From: Gammaproteobacteria bacterium
GTDB lineage: Bacteria; Pseudomonadota; Gammaproteobacteria; JACCXJ01
Reading direction: 5' to 3'
Assembly: GCA_050740755.1 (NCBI GenBank)
Contig: JBOIDT010000001.1
Span: forward strand, 1 to 58,782
Length of the DNA stretch: 58,782 bases
The notes under the pieces are model-generated. The model made no database searches. It saw only the letters and a program-made list of their open reading frames with translations, and was not told where the DNA came from. How positions within the stretch are numbered: the first letter of the stretch is position 1; each line of letters begins with the position of its first letter. Position numbers and translations under genes: made by a program. Below, piece after piece: positions 11,559 to 19,190 of the stretch.

Positions 11559-13250
11559 ATGAAGATCCCAAGCCATAGAAGCCTGACCATCGTGATGGTG
11601 GTCGTCCTCGTCACTGCTGCCGGTGTTGCGACCTGGTGGTGGATGCGGATGCCGCCCTATGAGCCAGCCCCTCCCACCAAGGAGTTCGCGATGGGGAAGG
11701 TGGAACCGCCCTGCCCGGACTCGAACCCGAGCTGGCGGGCGTCTCAGGTCATCGACGACGTCACCATCGAGGAATCCCTCGGCTGTGCGCCCGACAACCC
11801 CGCATTCGTGGCGGCCGTCGTGAAGGGCACCAATAACGTCTCCCATGCCACGCTCATGGAGTCGGGACTGGCCATGGACGCGGTGGTGCTGGAGAACGAC
11901 CGGGATGGGGACGGCGATCCCGATGTCGTCCATATCAAGCTCGAGGTGGCCGAGCTGAACGGCCGCTCCCCCGAGGTGGCCTTTCCGGTCCCTACGTACT
12001 CCATCGCCCCCGGGATCCAGCCCGGCTTCTGGACATTCGTGCCCAAGCCCCACGGCATGGCGACCAGGGACATCTACAGCATGGCGGCCAGCCCGCTCTT
12101 GCGTATGCCCTCGCCCACCATTCGGGTGGAGGCGGGCGACACCGTGCGGGTGACGCTCGAGAACACCCACTACCTGCCCCATACCATTCACTTTCATGGC
12201 GTCGACCACCCTTACTTCCTCGATAACCCGCTGCACGGCGAAAATAGGGGGAACGACGGCGTGCCCGAGACCAGCCACAGTGCGACCCTGCCGGGCGAGA
12301 GCTTCACCTACGAGCTGACGCCGCGGCAGACGGGCACGATGCTCTACCATTGCCATGAGCAGCCCCCGGTGCATGTCATGATGGGGCTCATGGGGATCTT
12401 CGTGGTGGAAGAGAATCGCCCCGACAACTGGGTCCAGACCCTCAACCTCGGCGCGGGCCAGGTGCGCCACCCGGCGGCCGCGATCAAGGAGCGATACGCG
12501 AGCGAGTACGATCTGCTCTACCAGGAGGTGGACCGCAATCTCGGTGAAATGATACAGGCCGCGAACGACCCGCGCCTGATCGGCAAGGCCACGACCAGCG
12601 GGTTCGATGTCACCAAGGCCTCGTCGGAGTATTTCCTGCTGAACGGGCACTCGTTCCCTTACACGATCCGCGATTCGCTGATCATCGTCGAGCCCAACCA
12701 GAAGGTGAAACTGCGCATGGCGAACGGCGGAGACGATCGCACCATCGCCATCCACACCCATGGCCACAAGCTCGCGATCACCCACTATGACGGGATCGAG
12801 CACGACCCCACGGCCTGGATCACGCGCGACGTGTTCGATCTGGCTCCCGCCCAGCGCCTCGATCTGGTGTTGGACACCACGGACGATGGGCTGAACAGCT
12901 ATGGGCCGGGGGTGTGGATGTTTCATGACCATCGGGAGAAGGCCGTCACCAATGACGGTGTCTTCCCCGGCGGAAACATGAGCCTCATCGTCTACAAGCC
13001 CTATCTCCGCGAGCAGGGCCTGCCTACCCTCCACGGGGTGGATCTCAAGCCCTTCTTCACCAAGGAGTTCTACCAGCGCAAGTTCCCGGTGTGGGCGAGC
13101 TACGACCAGGAACGCATGCTGGTGGAACCGGAGAGCATCCCCCCTTCGCCGATGGGGGTGCTATCGTTGGCCTTTCTTGCGGGCTTGGGACTGGGCGCGG
13201 TCGGACTCGCCGGGTACCATTTCGGGCGCACGAGCAGGGTCGGCCGATGA
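11559..13250 (+). CDS. Membrane-anchored multicopper oxidase with an atypical copper-motif order
   Basis: Start ATG 11559 with GGAG upstream. N-terminal TM helix IVMVVVLVTAAGVATWWW and C-terminal TM helix LSLAFLAGLGLGAVGLAGY. Copper motifs are HTIHFHG, YHCHEQPPVHVMMGLMG (an HCH...H...M, T1-type motif in the first cupredoxin domain), IHTHGH and WMFHDH. Confidence 0.85.
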   Translation: MKIPSHRSLTIVMVVVLVTAAGVATWWWMRMPPYEPAPPTKEFAMGKVEPPCPDSNPSWRASQVIDDVTIEESLGCAPDNPAFVAAVVKGTNNVSHATLMESGLAMDAVVLENDRDGDGDPDVVHIKLEVAELNGRSPEVAFPVPTYSIAPGIQPGFWTFVPKPHGMATRDIYSMAASPLLRMPSPTIRVEAGDTVRVTLENTHYLPHTIHFHGVDHPYFLDNPLHGENRGNDGVPETSHSATLPGESFTYELTPRQTGTMLYHCHEQPPVHVMMGLMGIFVVEENRPDNWVQTLNLGAGQVRHPAAAIKERYASEYDLLYQEVDRNLGEMIQAANDPRLIGKATTSGFDVTKASSEYFLLNGHSFPYTIRDSLIIVEPNQKVKLRMANGGDDRTIAIHTHGHKLAITHYDGIEHDPTAWITRDVFDLAPAQRLDLVLDTTDDGLNSYGPGVWMFHDHREKAVTNDGVFPGGNMSLIVYKPYLREQGLPTLHGVDLKPFFTKEFYQRKFPVWASYDQERMLVEPESIPPSPMGVLSLAFLAGLGLGAVGLAGYHFGRTSRVGR

Positions 13251-14017
13251 GGCGGGCGCGGCTGGCGTGTCTGTGCGCCTGTTTGACCGTCGTCCTGTTC
13301 CCCGCTTGCCAGCAGGCCGCCGAGGAGGAGGCCAAGCCGGCAGCCGCGGCGCCGCCTCCGGCCGACCAGCCCACGCCCAAACTACGGCTGCCGGAGGGGG
13401 AGCACGCCCATCATCAACACGAAGGGATGAACATGGACCTGGACGGTGCCGTCATGAACGAGAACACGGAGAAGCTGCCGCAAGACTGCCCCGAGATCGC
13501 GGGAGAAGTGGAGATCACGGTGAAGGCGGGGAAGAAGTACGCGCGGCAGTACCCCGGCAAGATGTTCAGCTATGACCGGAACGAATGGGAGGCGGGGCCC
13601 TGCACGCGGGTCAAGCTGACCTTCATCAACGAGGACCCTGTTCGGCATCAGTGGATGATGCATGGTTTGCCTAAATATCTCTATCCCGAAGCCATGTTCC
13701 ACATCGAGGTCACCGGTCCCGCTCAGAAGACCGGCACCTTCATCCTCCCGAGCACGAAGAGGACCTATTTCGTTCATTGCGACATCGCGCAGCACATGGA
13801 AAAAGGCATGAAGGCGCAGTTGAAGGTCGCGGGTGGGGATGGCGACCTGCCCAGCATCCCGGGCATCGTCGGGGACCCTTACCCGGACCGCTACGAAGTG
13901 GGGGATTGGGGCTGGCCAATGGCCCTCGGGGCCGGGTTCGCCGGCCTCCTGGGCGCCGGCCTGATATTCTGGTTCGGTCGAAAAGCCGATCGACCGGGTC
14001 GCTCCGAGGCGCCTTGA
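13247..14017 (+). CDS. Cupredoxin (type 1 blue copper) lipoprotein with a C-terminal membrane anchor
   Basis: The ATG overlaps the MCO stop (ATGA). Lipobox LFPAC. Plastocyanin/azurin-like ligand pattern: H in DPVRHQWMMHG, then FVHCDIAQHMEKGM. C-terminal TM helix WPMALGAGFAGLLGAGLIFWF. Confidence 0.8.
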   Translation: MRRARLACLCACLTVVLFPACQQAAEEEAKPAAAAPPPADQPTPKLRLPEGEHAHHQHEGMNMDLDGAVMNENTEKLPQDCPEIAGEVEITVKAGKKYARQYPGKMFSYDRNEWEAGPCTRVKLTFINEDPVRHQWMMHGLPKYLYPEAMFHIEVTGPAQKTGTFILPSTKRTYFVHCDIAQHMEKGMKAQLKVAGGDGDLPSIPGIVGDPYPDRYEVGDWGWPMALGAGFAGLLGAGLIFWFGRKADRPGRSEAP

Positions 14018-14161
14018 CGGGGATCCGTCAGGCGCGCCCCTGTCCGGATCACTCCACCATGCTGGCACTCCGCCATTCTGGGAGGCGCTCAACACCGTGC
14101 TGGTCGTCGTGACGGGCGATGGTGAGAGCTGCGCGCCAGCCGCGCGCGGGCCCCAAAGAAC

Positions 14162-14190
14162 AAAAAAATGGGGGGCTGTCGCCAGCCCCC
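14162..14190 (-). terminator. Rho-independent terminator for the minus-strand lipoprotein gene
   Basis: On the minus strand the stem GGGGGCTG-gcga-CAGCCCCC is followed by a run of 7 T. Confidence 0.6.
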
Positions 14191-14214
14191 TATCCGTCAC
14201 CCATGGAGGACGGG

Positions 14215-14370
14215 TTACTCGTTGACCGATGGTTGTTTGGCTTGCTCTTCCTCGGTCATCGGGGCGTTGGTGGAACCTTGGAAGGAACTAGATTCCGGAG
14301 GATCATACCCGCACGAGGCCAGCACGAACGCCACTAGGCCCATGGACAGAAGATGGATTATCCGCTTCAT
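14215..14370 (-). CDS. Small lipoprotein (51 aa), hypothetical
   Basis: MKRIIHLLSMGLVAFVLASCGYDPPE... with lipobox LASC. A strong GAGGAGG SD lies upstream and a terminator lies downstream. Confidence 0.5.
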   Translation of the reverse strand: MKRIIHLLSMGLVAFVLASCGYDPPESSSFQGSTNAPMTEEEQAKQPSVNE

Positions 14371-14945
14371 AAAAGACGCCTCCTCATCGTTACTCTTATC
14401 GATAGACAACCACCCGCTCAGGCGGGCCACCCTTAGGGACGCTGCACCCAGCGGGTAGACGATCGTCCCACTTTTCTCAAGATGCGCGGCACCTGCCAAC
14501 GACCGTTGGCGGGGGGAGTGTATCTCATGGCAAGCCGAAATCCAATGTCGCGCCGGCCGAGGACTCTCGCGTATCGGGTCTGGCGGCCCGACAGGGCTCC
14601 AAGATGCAACGAAAGCTAAACCTTATCATAAGCATAGCACACACGACCGGCCCGAAGGTCTGTGCCGCGTCCCGCGCCGCAGTGCGGTCGTCGGAGCCCG
14701 CGCGCGCCGCGCGAGCGTCGCAGGCGTCGGCGCCGGTCTCCCGATGCGCCGCTGCGGTTCTGTGCACCGCAGCGTTGATAAGGCTGTTCTGTTTCCGTTA
14801 CATTAGGCAACACGCTGCGGCCTGTCCGCAACCCCCACCGCATCCAAGGGGGCTACCAGCGCAGCAGAATAACAACAAGACCGCCGAGCGAACGTTCATC
14901 ACCGGACCACACCCGGCGATCACGCACAAGGGGATGTCACCACGC

Positions 14946-14990
14946 GACCACTATGACCAGGGGACCACTATGACCAGGGGACCACTATGA
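14946..14990 (+). repeat. Tandem 17-nt repeat (2.6 copies of GACCACTATGACCAGGG) spanning the pntAA start codon
   Basis: Exact copies at 14946..14962 and 14963..14979, plus a partial copy at 14980..14990. Read directly from the sequence. Confidence 0.95.
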
Positions 14991-16120
14991 GAATCGCCGT
15001 ACCCAAAGAGAGCGCGGCGGGCGAACAGCGCGTCGCGACCGTGCCGGAGGTCGTCGTGCGTCTGGTCAAGCTCGGGGTCGAGGTGCTGGTGGAGGCGGGT
15101 GCCGGGGCCGGGGCCTTCCACTCGGACCAGGCCTTCGCCGCCGCCGGTGCCAGGATCTTGACCGACGCCGCGGAACTCTACCGGGATGGGGACGTGGTGC
15201 TAAAGGTCCAGCCGCCGACCCTGGAGGAGGCGGAGCGCCTGCGCGAGGGGACCATCCTGATCGGTCTCCTCATGCCGCACAAGAACCGTGATGTCGTTCT
15301 GCGCCTGCGCGATCGTCGCATCACCGCGCTGGCCTTGGAGCTGCTGCCGCGCATATCGCGCGCCCAGGCCATGGATGCGCTGTCGTCGCAGGCCTCGGTC
15401 GCCGGATATCGCGCCGTGCTCATGGCCTCATACCGGCTGGGTAAGTTCATGCCCATGCTGACCACGCCGACCGGCACCATTCGCCCGGCGCGCTTTCTCA
15501 TCGTCGGGGTCGGCGTTGCCGGCCTCCAGGCCATCGCCACGGCGCGCCGGCTCGGCGCCATGGTCGAGGCCTATGATGTGCGGCCGGCGACCAAGGAGCA
15601 GGTGGAGTCGCTGGGCGCCAAGTTCATCCAGATGGACATCAAGGCCGACGCCCAGGGCGGCTATGCACGCGAGCTGACGGCGGAGGAAAAACAGCAGCAG
15701 CAGGACCTCATCGCCAAGCACGTGGCAGCGGCCGATGCCGTCATTACCACCGCTGCGGTGCCGGGAAAGCAAGCCCCTCGCATCATCACGACCGCGATGG
15801 TCGAGCACATGCGCCCGGGCTCCGTCATCATCGATCTAGCCGCCGAGAGCGGCGGTAACTGCGAGCTGACCAAGCCGGACAAGGGCGTGCGGTATCACGA
15901 CGTCGAGATCCTCGGCCCGGTCAACGTGCCGAGCACCCTCGCCACCCATGCGAGTGAGATGTACGCCAAGAACATGCTCAACCTGCTGCAGCTCATGGTC
16001 AAGGACGGTCAGCTCGCACCGGATTGGGAAGACGAGGTGTTGCGCGACAGCACGCTGACGCGCGACGGGGAGATCAAATTCGGACCGATCAGGACCCTGA
16101 TCGAAGGAGGGCAGTCATGA
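14987..16120 (+). CDS. pntAA: NAD(P) transhydrogenase subunit alpha, part 1 (dI)
   Basis: MRIAVPKESAAGEQRVATVPE...; Rossmann motif LIVGVGVAGLQAIATARRLGA; collinear with split-type PntAA. Confidence 0.95.
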   Translation: MRIAVPKESAAGEQRVATVPEVVVRLVKLGVEVLVEAGAGAGAFHSDQAFAAAGARILTDAAELYRDGDVVLKVQPPTLEEAERLREGTILIGLLMPHKNRDVVLRLRDRRITALALELLPRISRAQAMDALSSQASVAGYRAVLMASYRLGKFMPMLTTPTGTIRPARFLIVGVGVAGLQAIATARRLGAMVEAYDVRPATKEQVESLGAKFIQMDIKADAQGGYARELTAEEKQQQQDLIAKHVAAADAVITTAAVPGKQAPRIITTAMVEHMRPGSVIIDLAAESGGNCELTKPDKGVRYHDVEILGPVNVPSTLATHASEMYAKNMLNLLQLMVKDGQLAPDWEDEVLRDSTLTRDGEIKFGPIRTLIEGGQS

Positions 16121-16413
16121 TCGAGGGGTTTGTCGCGCTGTATATCTTCATGTTGGCGGCCTTCACCGGCTACGAGGTCATCAGCCGGGTGCCTGTGATC
16201 CTGCACACGCCGCTCATGTCCGGCTCGAACTTCGTGCACGGCATCGTCCTGGTAGGCGCCATGGTGGCCTTCGGGCAGGCCGATCCCGACAGCACCATGC
16301 AGACCATCATCGGTTTCCTCGGGGTGGCGCTCGCGGCGGGCAACGTGGTCGGCGGCTATGTGGTGACGGAGCGGATGCTGGAGATGTTCAAGACCAGCAA
16401 GGGACAAAAATAA
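16117..16413 (+). CDS. pntAB: NAD(P) transhydrogenase subunit alpha, part 2 (membrane)
   Basis: MIEGFVALYIFMLAAFTGYEVISRVPVILHTPLMSGSNFVHGIVLVGA... ATGA overlap with pntAA. Confidence 0.9.
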   Translation: MIEGFVALYIFMLAAFTGYEVISRVPVILHTPLMSGSNFVHGIVLVGAMVAFGQADPDSTMQTIIGFLGVALAAGNVVGGYVVTERMLEMFKTSKGQK

Positions 16414-17789
16414 TGAACACCATCATACAGATTGCCTACTTCTCCGCGGCCGTCCTATTCATCCTGGGGCTGAAGCGCATGAGCTCGCCCGTGACCGCAC
16501 GGGACGGGATCGTGTGGGCCGGCGGGGGGATGGCGGTGGCCATCGTCATCACCTACCTATGGCCGGACATGCACAACTACCTCTTGATGACGCTCGCCAT
16601 CGCGCTCGGGGGCATCGCGGCGTGGGTGTCCGCCAAGCGGGTGTCGATGACCGACATGCCGCAGATGATCGCGCTCTACAACGGTATGGGCGGCGGTGCC
16701 GCGGCCGCGATCGGTGCCGTCGAGCTGTCCAAGGCGAGCACCGAGCATGGGGTCGTGGCCCTGTTCCTTGCGGTGCTCGGGGGCCTCATCGGGGCCGTGT
16801 CGTTTACCGGCTCGTTGGTCGCGTTCGCCAAGCTGCAAGACCTCACCAAGCGCGGGGCCTTGTTCCCCAAGGCGATGCAGAGGCAGATCATGATAGGGGG
16901 GCTCGTGGCCTTCGCGGTCCTCGCACTCCTCATGGTGTTCATCCATCCCTACGGCCCGGTGGTGTTCCTGTTCTTCGTGCTCGCCCTCGGTTTCGGCGTG
17001 ATCATGACCATGCCCATCGGCGGCGCCGACATGCCGGTGGTGATCTCGCTCTACAACGCGCTCACCGGCCTGGCCGTCGGCCTCGAGGGCTTCGTGCTCG
17101 ACAACGCGGCCATGATCATTGCCGGCACCGTGGTCGGTTCGGCCGGTACGCTGTTGACGCAGTTGATGGCCAAGGCCATGAACCGCTCGCTCGCCAACGT
17201 CCTGTTCGCGGGGGTCGGTACCGCGGATGCTCTGATCGATCAACAAGCGGTCGAGGGTAGCATGAGGGCTATCGAGGGGTCCGACGCGGCCATCATGATG
17301 GCCTTCGCGGAGAGGGTGATCATCATTCCGGGGTATGGGATGGCGGTCGCCCAGGCCCAGCACAAGGTCTGGGAGCTGACCGAGCTCCTGGAGGAGCGGG
17401 GCGTGATGGTGAAGTTCGCGATCCACCCGGTGGCCGGGCGCATGCCGGGGCACATGAACGTGCTCCTCGCCGAGGCCGGCGTCCCCTACGACAAGATCTA
17501 CGATCTGGAGGACATCAACGCCGAGTTCCCGAAGGCCGACGTGGCCCTGATCATCGGGGCGAACGATGTGGTCAACCCCGACGCCAGGACCAACAAGGCG
17601 AGCCCCATCTACGGCATGCCCATCTTGGATGCCGATAAGGCCAAGAACGTCATCGTGATCAAGCGTGGCAAGGGCACCGGCTTCTCCGGGGTCGAGAACA
17701 CCTTGTTCTATGCGGACAACACGCGCCTGCTCTACGGTGACGGTCAGAAGATGGCCTCCGAGCTGATCCAGGGGGTCAAGGGACTGTGA
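16413..17789 (+). CDS. pntB: NAD(P) transhydrogenase subunit beta
   Basis: Multi-TM N-terminal part followed by a dIII domain (IIPGYGMAVAQAQH...HPVAGRMPGHMNVLLAEA...IGANDVVNP). Confidence 0.95.
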   Translation: MNTIIQIAYFSAAVLFILGLKRMSSPVTARDGIVWAGGGMAVAIVITYLWPDMHNYLLMTLAIALGGIAAWVSAKRVSMTDMPQMIALYNGMGGGAAAAIGAVELSKASTEHGVVALFLAVLGGLIGAVSFTGSLVAFAKLQDLTKRGALFPKAMQRQIMIGGLVAFAVLALLMVFIHPYGPVVFLFFVLALGFGVIMTMPIGGADMPVVISLYNALTGLAVGLEGFVLDNAAMIIAGTVVGSAGTLLTQLMAKAMNRSLANVLFAGVGTADALIDQQAVEGSMRAIEGSDAAIMMAFAERVIIIPGYGMAVAQAQHKVWELTELLEERGVMVKFAIHPVAGRMPGHMNVLLAEAGVPYDKIYDLEDINAEFPKADVALIIGANDVVNPDARTNKASPIYGMPILDADKAKNVIVIKRGKGTGFSGVENTLFYADNTRLLYGDGQKMASELIQGVKGL

Positions 17790-18008
17790 GACGCCTCCGG
17801 TGGGCGTCGCATGGATGACACGGTATGGCCGGCCCTGCGAGGGTTGGATGGCGCAACCGATCCAGGGGGGTTCAGCGGACATTGACAGGCGCGCAAGGAC
17901 TGTCGTAGTCTTACAAAAATAGGCGTCTTATCGGGTAGGTATCGTCTCGTTTATGCCACATCACTGGCCGGAGGCGCCCCGGCCACAACCAGCAAGAGGG
18001 GGTCGATC

Positions 18009-19079
18009 ATGAAAAGAGGGCGGGGGAAACCCAAAACGATGTCTTCGACGGTTCACGGTATCGTCGCGGGCCTGGCGCTGCCGGCACTCGCGGCGGTGTG
18101 CCCCGAGGCACTGGCCAACGACAGGCACGGGGCCATGGAGATCAAGCTACGCCAGATGCAGCGGGAGATGGACGCGTTGCAGCAGGAGTTGGACCGCATG
18201 CGCACCGCAGAAGGGGCGCAGGATCAGCGGATGGAGAGCTCGGAGATCCGGAACTCGACCCAGCACCAGGAGATCACGGACCGGGTGACCAAGGTCGAGG
18301 AAGCGCCCGGCAAGCGCACCATGAAGAACCTGGTGTTCTTCCGCGGTGGTTACGTGGATTACGCGGACGACGGCGCGCGCGGGTTCGAGTCGTTTACCGA
18401 TGTCCACGACGTTGATGGTGCCGGGCAAGCCCTGGGCTTCAACGAAGGCTCGGCAGATGGCGGCTGGTACGTCGGGGCGAGCATCGAGCACAGTCTCACC
18501 GATAACCTCTGGGGCCTGTTACCGCATACCGAGGCCCTTGGCGAGATTAGCTTGGAATTCAAGCGCTTTGGTAGCGAGGAGGTGGTCCTGGTGGTGCCCG
18601 CCGCGGAGTGCTCGCTGCTGGTGAACGCCACCGCTTTCGATGCCTTGGAGAGCGATGGCGGGTGTTTGATCACAGGGAACGACACGATCACGATGTTCAC
18701 CGTCAGCGCCGCGCCCAAGATCAAATTCCTGGAGGGCCATCCCTGGAAGCTGCGGCCGTGGATCATCCCGGCCGGTCTCGACTTCCACGTCATCAGCCCG
18801 CCCTCCGATGCGGCCACGGTGCTCGACGTCGGCGTCCAATTCGCGGGGGGTGTCGAGTACGAAATCATCCCCGGTATCAAGCTCGGTATCGATGCTCGTT
18901 ATCACCTGACCGCCAACGAGACCGACACGAACAACAACACCGCCGAGGTACTCCAGCGGGAGGCCAGGGAGAATCCGAATCTTCGCCCGCTGGTGGATGC
19001 CGGCGTGTTCAATTTTGGTAACACCGACCACGACAACTCCTTCTGGACCACGGGGGCTTATCTCGGGTTCGCCTTCTGA
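18009..19079 (+). CDS. Outer-membrane beta-barrel protein with an N-terminal coiled-coil segment, hypothetical
   Basis: Signal-like N terminus (GIVAGLALPALAAV...ALA). Coiled-coil stretch KLRQMQREMDALQQELDRMR. Alternating beta pattern and an aromatic C terminus, AYLGFAF. Confidence 0.7.
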   Translation: MKRGRGKPKTMSSTVHGIVAGLALPALAAVCPEALANDRHGAMEIKLRQMQREMDALQQELDRMRTAEGAQDQRMESSEIRNSTQHQEITDRVTKVEEAPGKRTMKNLVFFRGGYVDYADDGARGFESFTDVHDVDGAGQALGFNEGSADGGWYVGASIEHSLTDNLWGLLPHTEALGEISLEFKRFGSEEVVLVVPAAECSLLVNATAFDALESDGGCLITGNDTITMFTVSAAPKIKFLEGHPWKLRPWIIPAGLDFHVISPPSDAATVLDVGVQFAGGVEYEIIPGIKLGIDARYHLTANETDTNNNTAEVLQREARENPNLRPLVDAGVFNFGNTDHDNSFWTTGAYLGFAF

Positions 19080-19103
19080 TTCTCTGCACGGCCTGCGGTC
19101 GAA

Positions 19104-19130
19104 AAGGGAGGCTCACGCCTCCCTTTTTTT
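19104..19130 (+). terminator. Rho-independent terminator
   Basis: AAGGGAGGC-tcac-GCCTCCCTT followed by a T-run. Confidence 0.8.
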
Positions 19131-19190
19131 CGCCCGCGGCCTGCGCCGCGGCGCCCAACCCCGCCATCCTATCGGCTATCCTATCGGCCC

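Noticed and set aside
11475-13034. 519-aa minus-strand ORF antisense to the multicopper oxidase. Similar long antisense or out-of-frame ORFs occur at 16557..17882, 33975..35579, 38584..40290, 44713..46062, 48180..49817, 50888..52531 and 54810..56543.
   Set aside because: These are typical high-GC shadow ORFs. Their composition is Arg/Gly/Pro/His-rich, they carry no recognisable motifs, and each fully overlaps a gene with strong family signatures on the other strand or frame.
14500-14945. ORFs 14525..14767, 14604..14990 and 14616..14843 in the pnt upstream region
   Set aside because: They mutually overlap, are Ala/Arg-rich, and have no motifs or SD. The region is better treated as a divergent promoter region containing an 8-bp hairpin (14751..14773) of unknown relevance.
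17790-17808. Hairpin GACGCC-tccggtg-GGCGTC after pntB as a terminator, and a TTGACA-18 nt-TAGTCT promoter at 17882..17911 for the OMP gene
   Set aside because: The hairpin is short and has no T-run. The promoter's -10 is weak. Both are plausible but not well enough supported to list as features.
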